Virus record (IMG/VR): IMGVR_UViG_3300047462_000400
Location: 50,870 to 114,869 of that record
Reading direction: 5' to 3' (one strand)
Length of the DNA stretch: 64,000 nucleotides
DNA from: a virus
Shown in pieces: positions 18,721-33,295 of this stretch. Numbering within the stretch: the first letter of the stretch is position 1; the number at the start of each line of letters is the position of its first letter. The position numbers and the translations under genes are program-made. The notes under the pieces were generated by a model that had not been told where the DNA came from, made no database searches, and was given only the letters and a program-made list of their open reading frames with translations.

Positions 18721-19107
18721 ATGAGCGAGACCGGATCCATCAAAAAAGCCGTAGAGACGCATGCTAATACTCACAATCGATGGGATTGGGAGTATGGCCT
18801 GCGCGTGGACGATCAATTGTATCCATGTGGTTTTATCCTTCCACCAAGCGTGCGATTTGGGGATGATGGCGACGCTGATACGATCTTGCGCGGCACCTCC
18901 GCGATCGCCATCGGCGACGCCGAACGAATCCACGCAGACCGCGTGCACCTTCTCGACTCAGTTGCTTACCGCAACATCCACGGAAAACGTCGCGCGTACC
19001 TGACGCTCCTCGTGGCTCGCAGATACGATGAAGGAGAAGACGCCCACGAAGGCGTCTTCCGCAACGCCGTTGTCGTCGCACAATGGCCGATTGAGTCCCC
19101 GTCGTGA
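18721..19107 (+). CDS. Hypothetical protein, lower GC than flanks
   Basis: RBS and ATG 18721; many A/T-ending codons. Confidence 0.7.
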   Translation: MSETGSIKKAVETHANTHNRWDWEYGLRVDDQLYPCGFILPPSVRFGDDGDADTILRGTSAIAIGDAERIHADRVHLLDSVAYRNIHGKRRAYLTLLVARRYDEGEDAHEGVFRNAVVVAQWPIESPS

Positions 19108-19406
19108 CCTGCCAGGCCCGCCACACGCACGACGGCGAGCGCCTCCAGTGCATGCACGACGATCCGGCCCACGTGGGCCAGCATGCCGCCTGGCCGGACG
19201 GGCACGAGCACGTCGTCCGGTGGAGCCGCTCAGGCCAGCGCAAGGCGCCCCGCGATGGCGTACAGCTGTCCGTGTGGCTCCCGCTCGACGCCGCGCGCGC
19301 CCTCGAGCGCCTCTGCGTCAGGGAGGCCGAGGCGACGGGCCGGCCGGCGACGCAGCTGAGGACGGCCGTCGTCGTTAGGGCGCTGACCGAGGCGGCGATG
19401 CGGTAG
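19104..19406 (+). CDS. His/Cys-rich N-terminus plus RHH-like C-terminus
   Basis: GTGA coupling; QLSVWLPLDAARALERL. Confidence 0.6.
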   Translation: MTCQARHTHDGERLQCMHDDPAHVGQHAAWPDGHEHVVRWSRSGQRKAPRDGVQLSVWLPLDAARALERLCVREAEATGRPATQLRTAVVVRALTEAAMR

Positions 19407-19639
19407 AGGAGGGGCGGCTTTCATCCAACGAAGTCGGCCGCCGAGAGCTACCCGAAAGCCCGTGACATGGTGGCGCACCTGGACGAACTGGCGAGACGCA
19501 AGGCTGTATCCCGCCAGAACCGTACGCTCTCGCAGACCCCGTAAACACGAATCGCCCGCGACCTCGCGGCCACGGGCGACACGTTGTCGGGTTTGATGTC
19601 GCCGCGGCCCGAGCGGAGCCTGCGGTGCAGTTTCAGACG

Positions 19640-19930
19640 ATTGCGGCGGCGGCCCGAGCTGGCGCTGTAGTCCGAGAGCCGTCGCGAAACGTGGGTTCGC
19701 GGGGCCAACGTACTCAAACACCGCTGTATATCGGTCGCCGAACCCCTTGTTGCTGGACGACGAGAAGCCTTGCTCACTCACCGTCTTCCAGATGTCCGGC
19801 TTGCGAGCATGCGCCTCGATGAACGCAGGGTGTGCCGGATAGTTTCGAAGCCGTCGTCCACCCGCCTTGAGCGACGCGCCGAGCGAATGCAGCAGCGCGA
19901 ACGCGAGCCCGAGCCCCTGCCAGGCGCATG
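19640..19930 (-). pseudogene. C-terminal remnant of a GNAT-type acetyltransferase
   Basis: WQGLGLAF...YPAHPAFI...AVFEYVGP without a start or N-terminal half. Confidence 0.45.
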
Positions 19931-19965
19931 ACGTCGAGACCGCCGGCAACACCTTCAAGGAAGCG

Positions 19966-20235
19966 ATGGGGCGGGCGCCGGAGAACGCCCCCGTCGTCGA
20001 CACCGAGGCGTGGATCGTGAAGCAGGGAGCGGACAACCGCAAATGCGGGTGCGGCGCCGTCCATTCCGACTACTGCGTGAACTGCGGGCGCTGGTCGGAC
20101 CTTCCGCTGGACCAGCATGCGACGATGATCGACGGGTACGACGAGCCGTGCACCGCGGGGAAGGTGCCGCACGAGCATACCGACGCGGAAAAAGAGGCCC
20201 GAATCGATCGGTATATCGCGCGCGCCCGGGCGTAG
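19966..20235 (+). CDS. Small Cys-rich protein; start uncertain
   Basis: CGC...CVNC. Confidence 0.5.
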   Translation: MGRAPENAPVVDTEAWIVKQGADNRKCGCGAVHSDYCVNCGRWSDLPLDQHATMIDGYDEPCTAGKVPHEHTDAEKEARIDRYIARARA

Positions 20236-20248
20236 TACACTGTCACGC

Positions 20249-20494
20249 ATGCCGACGACGACCACATCGATCTGCAAGCGCTGCCATCGTCTTCGCCCCG
20301 TCAACGAGGCTCGGTACTGCTTCAAGTGCTACGGCGAGCTGCGCGAGGCGGAGAAGCACCAACACCCGAAGAAGGAGCTACCGGCCACCGCGAAGCCCGA
20401 ACCGTTGCCGCCGCTCGACGAGAGCACGGTCACGACGACGCCGGCTGCGCCCGTCGAGCATCCGGACCTCTACCCCGGTCTCGACGCTTCCTAG
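20249..20494 (+). CDS. Small zinc-finger protein
   Basis: CKRC and CFKC. Confidence 0.6.
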   Translation: MPTTTTSICKRCHRLRPVNEARYCFKCYGELREAEKHQHPKKELPATAKPEPLPPLDESTVTTTPAAPVEHPDLYPGLDAS

Positions 20495-20904
20495 TAGCTG
20501 TTGAAGCCCGCGCACGGCCGCGCGGTCAGCCCGCCGTGCTCCATCGAGAAGAGGTAGAGGATGTTCTGCACGTAACCGCTCGCGGGGGCACCGCCGCTCG
20601 CCTGGAGTAGCCGGCCGGCGACGATGACGAGGTCGGGCGTCAGCGCGACTGGCATGCCCCACCGCGCGCAAGTCTGCGTGGTCGTGTTGGCGTACGGCCA
20701 GGGCCACCAGGGGCCGCCCCACCAGTTGCCGCCCCAGCCACCCCACCCTGGACCGAACCCGCGTCCGAAGAAGCGACGGCCGCCGCCGAACGACGGGTGC
20801 CCCCCGCCTCCGTGCCAGCCGCCGCCGCCACCGTGGCCTCCTCCACCACCGTGGCCGCCGCCGCCTCCTCCGCCCTTGCCGATTGCATCGCCGATGCCGT
20901 CCAT
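20491..20904 (-). CDS. Gly/Trp-rich N-terminus plus small disulfide-type domain
   Basis: GAGGGG RBS; (G)nH repeats, GWGGW. Confidence 0.75.
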   Translation of the reverse strand: MDGIGDAIGKGGGGGGGHGGGGGHGGGGGWHGGGGHPSFGGGRRFFGRGFGPGWGGWGGNWWGGPWWPWPYANTTTQTCARWGMPVALTPDLVIVAGRLLQASGGAPASGYVQNILYLFSMEHGGLTARPCAGFNSY

Positions 20905-20914
20905 GGGGTCCCCC

Positions 20915-23011
20915 TCAGCGGTTCGCTGCGTACGGCCATCCGTGCGCGTACGGGTACGGCGTCCAGTGCGGATGGCCGTGGTGATGGTGTTGGTGCTGCG
21001 GCGGCATCGGCGGTATCGGGGGCCTCGGCGGCGGGGCCACTGCCGGCGACGACGGAGCGGGGGGCTGCACGACCGCGGGAGCGGGAGGCGTCGCCGGCGC
21101 CGGCACCACGGCGGCGTGCTGGACCGGCGCGTTCGGCGCGCGGGCGCCGAGGTTATTGTCGAGCGACTTCGCGTGCGCCTGGATGCCGAGCTTGTTCGCC
21201 TGGAGCGCGGCCTTGAGGTCGCTGATCTGCTTCTGGATGCCGGCGTCGAGCTTTTTCGGGTCGAGCTTGTTCAGCTTGATGATCCCGTTCGTCAGCGCGG
21301 AGAGGTTGTTCACCTTGGCGCCGAGCCCGTTGAAGTCGTGGGCGGCGTCCTTGATGCTGGTGAGCTTCGCCGAGACGTCGGGCGGAAGCTTGCTCATGAC
21401 GTTCTTGAACGCGCCCTCGTACTGACCCTTGATGGCGTCGATGTTGTGCTGGACCTCGGCGGGAATCTTCGTGAGGTCGCCGAACTTCTGGAGCGCCGTC
21501 GACTTCGCGTCCTCGAACGCCTTCTTCAGGTCGTCGACCGGCTTCGTGATCTCGGGCGGGAGCTTGATGGAGGCGCCGGCTGCGCTGATGGCCGTCTGGA
21601 GTCCCTGCTGAAGGAATCCCGTCGCCACCTGCGAAAGCGGCTTGTGATGGAAGATGAGCTGGATGGCGCCGTCGAGCAGGTTGCCGATCAGCTTGAGGAG
21701 CGAGTCGGGTAGGCCCTTGCTCTTCGCTTCGCCCATGATGCCGTCCTTGATGCCGCTGACGAGCGCATCGGAGACGGACTCGTGCTTCTCGATGATGTCG
21801 GCGACGGCGTTGAGGGCAGGCCGCAGGAAGATGTCCCGGATGTCGGGCGGAATACCCGGCACCTCGCCGATGAGGAGGCTGAAGCCAGCCTTGAGCGGGT
21901 TGCCGGTCTCGAGCAGCGTGATCGCGGCGTCGAGCGGCCCGCCGATGACGTTGCCGACGCCGGGGACCATCGAGAGCACGCCCGCCACCATGTGACCGAG
22001 GTCGACGACTTCGGTCTTCAGACGGTTCCAGTCCCCGTGCACCGCAGCATCGACGATGCCCGTCACCATCTTCAGCGGGTCGATGTTCGGGATGAACTTG
22101 GCGATCTCCTTGATGCCGGGAATCTTCTCGAGGAGCTCTTTGGGGTGCGCGATGCCGCGGACGAGGTCAGCGGGGTTGGTGGGCAGGCCCGCCTTCTTGA
22201 GCAGCTCGCCCGGGTCTGGCAGCCCGAGCTTGTGCAGCATGTCGCCCGGCGTGGGGATGCCGAGCTGCTTGAGCAGGGCGTCCGGGTTCAGGATGAGACC
22301 CAGCGGCCCGCTCGTCGCGATCTTCGCGAGGGTGCCCATCGGGTCCTTCACGAAGTTGTTCGCGGCGTCCTGGAGCCACTTGCCGACGTCGCCGCCGGCC
22401 TGCTTGATGAACTTGCCGACGCTGTTGACCGCCTTCTGCGCCTCGTTCGCGGCGTTCTGCGCGACCTTGGCGACGTCCTGCGGTAGGTGCCCCGCGGCGT
22501 TGCCGATGTCGTGGACCGCGTTGCCAACGGCGTGCCCGATGTCGCCGAAGATGTCTGCGAGTCCGATGTCGCCGAGCCCCAGCGCGTAAGCGGTAGCGTT
22601 CGTGCGGGTCTCGTTGAGCCCCTCGAGCCCGTGGATCTTGGTCATCCCGGTGAGGCGGCTGCCCCCTGGCTCCCAGGCCCCGACGTCGCCGACGTCGCCG
22701 GTACCGAATCGCCGCGCGAGCCTGTCGAATGCGCTCTCTGGGGTCGCCCCAACGCCGAAGACATGCTGGAGCCGCGCGAACGCTTCCTGGTGACTGCCAA
22801 CGCCAAACGCGCGGCATAGCGAGTCGCCGGCGAAGCCGAGCGGCACGAAGAGGCGCTCTCCGACCGCGAGCGACCGGAACGTCGGGCAGCCGCCGACGAA
22901 CGTGAGCGGCTTCTGGGGGTTCGCCGCCAGGAGCTCCACGTACCGCCTCGGGTCCCCGCTCAGGGCACCCGCGATGAGCATGGGACTGTCACCGAGACCG
23001 ACTAGGTACAT
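20915..23011 (-). CDS. LysM-variant N-terminus plus long amphipathic helical region and Pro-rich tail (putative virion/membrane protein)
   Basis: GDSP...AANPQKP...TFRSLAVGERLFVP. Confidence 0.85.
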   Translation of the reverse strand: MYLVGLGDSPMLIAGALSGDPRRYVELLAANPQKPLTFVGGCPTFRSLAVGERLFVPLGFAGDSLCRAFGVGSHQEAFARLQHVFGVGATPESAFDRLARRFGTGDVGDVGAWEPGGSRLTGMTKIHGLEGLNETRTNATAYALGLGDIGLADIFGDIGHAVGNAVHDIGNAAGHLPQDVAKVAQNAANEAQKAVNSVGKFIKQAGGDVGKWLQDAANNFVKDPMGTLAKIATSGPLGLILNPDALLKQLGIPTPGDMLHKLGLPDPGELLKKAGLPTNPADLVRGIAHPKELLEKIPGIKEIAKFIPNIDPLKMVTGIVDAAVHGDWNRLKTEVVDLGHMVAGVLSMVPGVGNVIGGPLDAAITLLETGNPLKAGFSLLIGEVPGIPPDIRDIFLRPALNAVADIIEKHESVSDALVSGIKDGIMGEAKSKGLPDSLLKLIGNLLDGAIQLIFHHKPLSQVATGFLQQGLQTAISAAGASIKLPPEITKPVDDLKKAFEDAKSTALQKFGDLTKIPAEVQHNIDAIKGQYEGAFKNVMSKLPPDVSAKLTSIKDAAHDFNGLGAKVNNLSALTNGIIKLNKLDPKKLDAGIQKQISDLKAALQANKLGIQAHAKSLDNNLGARAPNAPVQHAAVVPAPATPPAPAVVQPPAPSSPAVAPPPRPPIPPMPPQHQHHHHGHPHWTPYPYAHGWPYAANR

Positions 23012-23042
23012 GGAGAGACTCCTGGCTATGGGGTCGTTCTAA

Positions 23043-25207
<2,165 letters not shown>

Positions 25208-25211
<4 letters not shown>

Positions 25212-25621
25212 GCTGATTGCCTCTGCCATTCGACCATCGCGCGAAAGTGGGGGTTAGTGAGACCGTTACGGCGAGTGCGGATGCGGTAGACCGCGTGCGC
25301 TGGCGGCATTCCGAGGTCGACGAGCGCGAGCCCCGCAAGCACGCCGGAACGGTTGCGGCCCTGCCAGCACGTGACGAGCACCCGATGGCCCAACCGCACG
25401 TGGTCAGCGATCTGCCGTGCGGTACGCCGGATGCGCATGCGCGTCAGTTTGTCGGGGGGCGGTCCATCGTCGAGCGGCATCTTGATGACATGGTAGCCGG
25501 GCAGGTCCGGCTGGTACTCCATCGCCGACAGCACGATGACGTCGAACGGCAGGCGCACCCCTTGCGGGGGCGCGCTGCCCTGCGCGAGAAGGCCGTTCGA
25601 GGTTAGGTACGAGTAGCTCAT
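25208..25621 (-). CDS. Dual-specificity/tyrosine phosphatase family protein
   Basis: LDD acid loop and VTCWQGRNRS (CX5R). Confidence 0.88.
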
Positions 25622-25866
25622 GATGCGGAAGGGGTGTTGTCGTCGTCGGGTTCCACCGTCTCAACCTCGGCGGCGGCAGTGGCTGCGACGGCAGGCGCCT
25701 TCGACGACGAGAGAATGGAGCCGGTGACGAGGCCGAGCCCCGCCGTCACGACCGACGCGATGAGCGACGGGACGGGGTGCCCGGTGAGGGTGAGCGTGAG
25801 GTCGACGCCGAGCGCAACGACGATGAGCGCGGCGCCGAGCAGCTTGCTATTCACGAGCGCGCTCAT
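25618..25866 (-). CDS. Two-TM membrane protein (holin-like or virion membrane protein)
   Basis: Two hydrophobic helices, acidic tail. Confidence 0.65.
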   Translation of the reverse strand: MSALVNSKLLGAALIVVALGVDLTLTLTGHPVPSLIASVVTAGLGLVTGSILSSSKAPAVAATAAAEVETVEPDDDNTPSAS

Positions 25867-26096
25867 CACGCTCCCTCGGCGGAGCGGTCGATGCCCCACT
25901 TGGTGACGAACGCCACGCCGGAGCCAGCGAGGATGGAGCCCCAGAGCGGCCCCTTGAACGTGTAGACGAGCAGGCCCGCGGTGGCGCCAGCCATCACCGC
26001 GGCGAAGGCGGGAGATGCGCCCGGCGAGCTCACGCCACCGGAGGCGCCCAGCGCGAACCCCTGAACCGGTCGACCGCCGAAAGAGATCGTCTCCAT
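25866..26096 (-). CDS. 76-aa membrane protein with GGRPVQGFALG leader
   Basis: GAGGAG RBS, ATG 26096; two short hydrophobic helices. Confidence 0.75.
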   Translation of the reverse strand: METISFGGRPVQGFALGASGGVSSPGASPAFAAVMAGATAGLLVYTFKGPLWGSILAGSGVAFVTKWGIDRSAEGA

Positions 26097-26107
26097 CCTG
26101 ATACTCC

Positions 26108-27118
26108 TCACTGCATCACTGCGGGTTGGTGTGCGGGCTGCTTCAGCGGTGGCGCGTCGGTACGCCATTCCGCCATCCTCGAGTACGCGGCCCGGAACGC
26201 TGAGTCGTTGCCGAGCAAGCGCTCCGAACACGCGAGCTCCGCCCATGCGCGCCAGGTGTGCGCGGAGATGTCGACGAAGATGGAGTCCGTACAGGGTGGC
26301 AGTTCCGTCGCGTGCTTGGCGAGGTCGCGCGCGCCGGCGACGTCCCCCGCCTCGCGCAAGAGCTTTGCGTGCTCGACGTACGGCTCGGCGCGGGTAGGGC
26401 GCATCGCTCGCGCACGGGCATAGGCGGCCGATACCTCCGCGGACGGTCGCCCAAGCTTCACGATGAGTCGCGCAGCCTCGAGCGCCGCGCAGAACGCCTC
26501 CTCCCCCTCGTGCTTCATGGCGATCCGCTGCTCGAAGAGCTCGAGGGCGCGCACAAGCTCCCCCATCTGCCCGTACGTGAGGGCCAGGTAGAAGATCGAT
26601 CGCGGGTCCTCGCCGCCCTCGAGCAGCGCTGCGTTCCGGCGCGCCGTCGCCACCCGGTCCTTTGGCGGCGTACGCATGTAGTTGACGTGCGGGACGTGCG
26701 GCGCCCCGTCGTACGGGATGTACTCGTGACACTTCTGGACGTACCGGAGATGCGGCTTGAAGAGCCGGATGAATCCCCAGGCCGCGCCCTCGCACACCGT
26801 GATGACCGAGTGCGCTTCGCCGCTGTCCGGCCATCCGCTGAAGGCTGGGCCGAACGCATACACGTCGTCGGCGTCGAGCTGGAGCGCCCATTCCGCGCGG
26901 ACATGGGCCAGCGCTTCGTTCCGCGCGCTCGCGAAGTCCCGGAACGGTCCCCCGCGCACCACGCGCGCGCCGGCTGCGCGAGCGGCCTCGCCGGTCTCCT
27001 CGTCGCTCTCCGCGTTCAGGACGACGACGACGCTATCGACCTGCGCCGACACGCTCGCGATGGCAGCGCCGATGGTGCCCGCGTTGTCCCTCGCGATGAG
27101 CACGCATTCGACTGCCAT
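26108..27118 (-). CDS. GT2 glycosyltransferase with C-terminal TPR-like region
   Basis: LIARDNAGTI, DFASARNEAL, LDADD (DxD), TPR-like helices. Confidence 0.9.
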   Translation of the reverse strand: MAVECVLIARDNAGTIGAAIASVSAQVDSVVVVLNAESDEETGEAARAAGARVVRGGPFRDFASARNEALAHVRAEWALQLDADDVYAFGPAFSGWPDSGEAHSVITVCEGAAWGFIRLFKPHLRYVQKCHEYIPYDGAPHVPHVNYMRTPPKDRVATARRNAALLEGGEDPRSIFYLALTYGQMGELVRALELFEQRIAMKHEGEEAFCAALEAARLIVKLGRPSAEVSAAYARARAMRPTRAEPYVEHAKLLREAGDVAGARDLAKHATELPPCTDSIFVDISAHTWRAWAELACSERLLGNDSAFRAAYSRMAEWRTDAPPLKQPAHQPAVMQ

Positions 27119-27121
27119 GGA

Positions 27122-29159
<2,038 letters not shown>

Positions 29160-29177
29160 TAGACCGAACGACTTTCC

Positions 29178-29402
29178 TTACGTGACGTTGGAGGAAGGCG
29201 GAGGAGGCGGCGCGGAATTCGCCGAGCGGAGGCTGATCGACTGGTCGCGCGGACGCGAGGGATTGCTCCGCCCGCTGTATTGGCTGTCGTAGTTCATCGA
29301 GGCCCGGAACTCGCGGTAGACCGCCTCGTCCACGAGCTGGCGCGGAGCGCCGTTCTCGGAGTGACCGTTCTTGTTCTTGAAGTTCTTGAGCTTCCTTCTC
29401 AC
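29178..29402 (-). CDS. Small basic, disordered protein
   Basis: AGGAGA RBS, GTG start. Confidence 0.6.
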   Translation of the reverse strand: MRRKLKNFKNKNGHSENGAPRQLVDEAVYREFRASMNYDSQYSGRSNPSRPRDQSISLRSANSAPPPPPSSNVT

Positions 29403-29429
29403 GTGGGTTTTCTCCTTTGCAGAAACCTC

Positions 29430-29921
29430 TCAAACCGAGGTGAGGATGACGATGGTCCGAGCGTTCTGCCCCTCGCAGCCGGCGCCGACGTTCGGGATGC
29501 TGACGAACGCCTTGACGTCGAAGGTGTGGAGGCCCGCGGTGAGCTCGTCCGTCTTCGTCTCGAAGAACAAGCTGACGGGGAGAAACGACTGCGTGAACGT
29601 CGTGTCGATGAACGGCAGGAGCGGGTTGATGCTGTAGACCAGCTTCTCGTCCACGTAGATCCCGACGTTGACGTTGCAGCTCGTCGCCACCTCCTCCGCG
29701 TTGGGGTCGAGGAGGTTGCCGGTGAACATGATGATGGCCTTCTCCCCACCGATGACGTCGATGGAGAGCGGACCGTTGAACAGCAGGCTGACCGGCGGAG
29801 TCGGCCCGATCGGGACCGGCGCCTCGTTGTTCGGGTTGGTGAAGGTCCGGATGCCGGTCTTGCCCGGGGGGGTCGAGTAGGCTTCCGGAGACTGTCCCTT
29901 GATTCCGGCGATCTTGCTCAT
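29430..29921 (-). CDS. Beta-sandwich head-like protein with MSKIAGIKGQSPEAY leader
   Basis: Variant leader; alternating beta-strand pattern. Confidence 0.85.
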   Translation of the reverse strand: MSKIAGIKGQSPEAYSTPPGKTGIRTFTNPNNEAPVPIGPTPPVSLLFNGPLSIDVIGGEKAIIMFTGNLLDPNAEEVATSCNVNVGIYVDEKLVYSINPLLPFIDTTFTQSFLPVSLFFETKTDELTAGLHTFDVKAFVSIPNVGAGCEGQNARTIVILTSV

Positions 29922-29935
29922 GGTCCTTCAGCCTC

Positions 29936-30379
29936 TCAGGTCGAGGAGACGATGACGGTGACACTGACGTCGATAACGCTCGCGGTTCCGCGGTCGACCT
30001 CTCCCAGGACCCCCACGGAGGTGGCCGGGTTTGCAATCAGGTCGGGGAGCTCGCCGATGGCGCTGAACGACACCGGCTGGTTCTGCGGCGAATTCGACAG
30101 CGCGACCTCGACCACGCTGATGGTGATCGAGTTGTCGAGCTGAATGAAGAAGCTCGCGAGGGCTGGCGACAGCGAGGGGCCGTCTACCGTTCCCGAGATG
30201 GTGACGATGATCTTGTCGCCGTCCTCCACCGCCACCGTCAGCGGGGTGATGATCGGGGAGGCGGTGGTCGTCAGCGTTACGCCAGGCCCCGGCTCGCCAC
30301 GCGTCGAGACGGAGCCACTGGTCGAGGGGTCGGGGTACGTCTCCGGCGACCGCCCTTTCAGTCCTGCAATCTTGCTCAT
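29936..30379 (-). CDS. Beta-sandwich head-like protein with MSKIAGLKGRSPETY leader
   Basis: Paralogous to neighbours. Confidence 0.85.
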   Translation of the reverse strand: MSKIAGLKGRSPETYPDPSTSGSVSTRGEPGPGVTLTTTASPIITPLTVAVEDGDKIIVTISGTVDGPSLSPALASFFIQLDNSITISVVEVALSNSPQNQPVSFSAIGELPDLIANPATSVGVLGEVDRGTASVIDVSVTVIVSST

Positions 30380-30399
30380 GATCCCTTCCCCATCTCCTC

Positions 30400-30876
30400 T
30401 CAGGTGTTAGCGATCATGACGACCACGCTGGCGTCCGATACTTCTGCCGACGTCATTCCACCGATGCACTGCCCCTTCACTGCGATGGTGTGCAGGCCGG
30501 CGGCGAACGGCGTCGTCTCGTACGTGACGCCGATCGGGTTGGAGGTCCCGAAGGTGATGGGTGGCACCGGCGCGCCAGCCCCCACCTGGGTGGTGATGTT
30601 GTACTGGATGTCCACGCCGTCAATGACGACTCGGACGTTGGCCTGCCCGGCTGCCGGCAGCGCGTTCGCAATCGTTGCGGAGAAGTAGACGATAGCCCTC
30701 TCCCCACCGACCGCCTCGAACGAGACCGGCGGCACGAGATCGACACCGGGGGTGCTCGTGTCGATCGCGCTCGGGGGGAGCGACGTCTCCCCGAACGTGG
30801 CGATGATGCCCGTGATGACGGTGACGCTGTCGTAGGTCTCCGGCGAACGCCGCTTGATTCCAGCTATATGGGTCAT
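30400..30876 (-). CDS. Beta-sandwich head-like protein with [15 protein letters not shown] leader
   Basis: Paralogous to neighbours. Confidence 0.85.
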   Translation of the reverse strand: MTHIAGIKRRSPETYDSVTVITGIIATFGETSLPPSAIDTSTPGVDLVPPVSFEAVGGERAIVYFSATIANALPAAGQANVRVVIDGVDIQYNITTQVGAGAPVPPITFGTSNPIGVTYETTPFAAGLHTIAVKGQCIGGMTSAEVSDASVVVMIANT

Positions 30877-31160
30877 TCCTTTGCCTTCTCGTGCGGGTCA
30901 CCCAGCAAGTGCATCAACATGGCGTCCGCCGCCATGGAGAGGAAGCTCGTCGCACACCCAACGATGACGGCGTCGAGGATGCGTCCGTGGCCAACGCTCA
31001 CTACGCCGCTCGCGCCAGCGACCATGCCGACCCAGGTCCCCGTGCACTGACTGCACTCGAAGAGCGGTGGGTAGAGCCGCTGGAGCGGGCGGAAGACGGT
31101 GCCGCGTACGAGGATGAGCGTCGCACCGATGAGCGCCGAAGTGAGGAGCAGCGCCGTCAT
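30873..31160 (-). CDS. Small membrane protein, DUF1360-like
   Basis: TM helices with [12 protein letters not shown] (CxxC...W). Confidence 0.65.
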   Translation of the reverse strand: MTALLLTSALIGATLILVRGTVFRPLQRLYPPLFECSQCTGTWVGMVAGASGVVSVGHGRILDAVIVGCATSFLSMAADAMLMHLLGDPHEKAKE

Positions 31161-31975
31161 CCGCTCACCGGGGGCAGCTCGGTGATGTCGACGAAGCAGG
31201 CGTTGGTGCCGTACGAGCCGCCCGCAACGCTCGCAGCCACCTGAATCTGAATCTGCGTCGTCACACCAACCGGCGTCAGGCTCGGGTCCGTATCGAACAG
31301 GAAAGGAATGGTGGCTTGCGTAGCGCTAGTGCCGGCCGGGATCGTCGTCCCCGCGAAGGGATTCAAGACCTCCGTGGCGCCCACCTGCGCAATAGCGGTG
31401 ATGGTCATATCCGTGGCCGGCGCGGAATTGTTCTCGATCTGGAGGGTGGCGAGGATGCGCACCCGCCCCGAGCTCTGCGGTGTGATGGGGATGTTCACGC
31501 CCGAGCCGCCGCTCGCGATGGACGTCCAAGGAATGGCCGTCAACGTTACGGTCGAAATGGCGGTCCCGCCGGTGGGACCAATCGCAGAGTTGTTGGCGAA
31601 TCCAACCGAGGCTGGTCCGGTCGCGCCGGTGCTTCCCGTGGGGCCGGTAGCGCCGGTTGGTCCCGTCCCGGTTGCCCCGGTCGCGCCGGTCGACCCGGTC
31701 GTTCCCGTCGGTCCGGTCGCCCCTGACGGACCGCCGGCAGGACCGGTTGCTCCGGTGCTCCCCGTCGGTCCGGTGCTGCCCGCTCCGGTCGCGCCCGTCG
31801 AACCCGCTGTTCCTGTCGAGCCGGTAGGACCGGTCGCGCCTGTAGCTCCGCTGGGACCGCCCGCGGGGCCGGTAGCACCCGTGGGTCCGGTGATCCCGGT
31901 GAGGCCGAGGCCAACCGTGGGCGCGGTGGGATAAGTCTCCCGCGCGTATCTCCCCCATCCGACGATATGACTCAT
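31157..31975 (-). CDS. Short collagen-like spike candidate with beta head
   Basis: [16 protein letters not shown]; G-X-T tract. Confidence 0.9.
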   Translation of the reverse strand: MSHIVGWGRYARETYPTAPTVGLGLTGITGPTGATGPAGGPSGATGATGPTGSTGTAGSTGATGAGSTGPTGSTGATGPAGGPSGATGPTGTTGSTGATGATGTGPTGATGPTGSTGATGPASVGFANNSAIGPTGGTAISTVTLTAIPWTSIASGGSGVNIPITPQSSGRVRILATLQIENNSAPATDMTITAIAQVGATEVLNPFAGTTIPAGTSATQATIPFLFDTDPSLTPVGVTTQIQIQVAASVAGGSYGTNACFVDITELPPVSG

Positions 31976-31979
31976 CGGA

Positions 31980-33292
<1,313 letters not shown>

Positions 33293-33295
33293 GAC

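Noticed and set aside
19448-19777. GDIKPDNV resembling a kinase catalytic loop
   Set aside because: No other kinase motifs; shadow ORF with atypical composition
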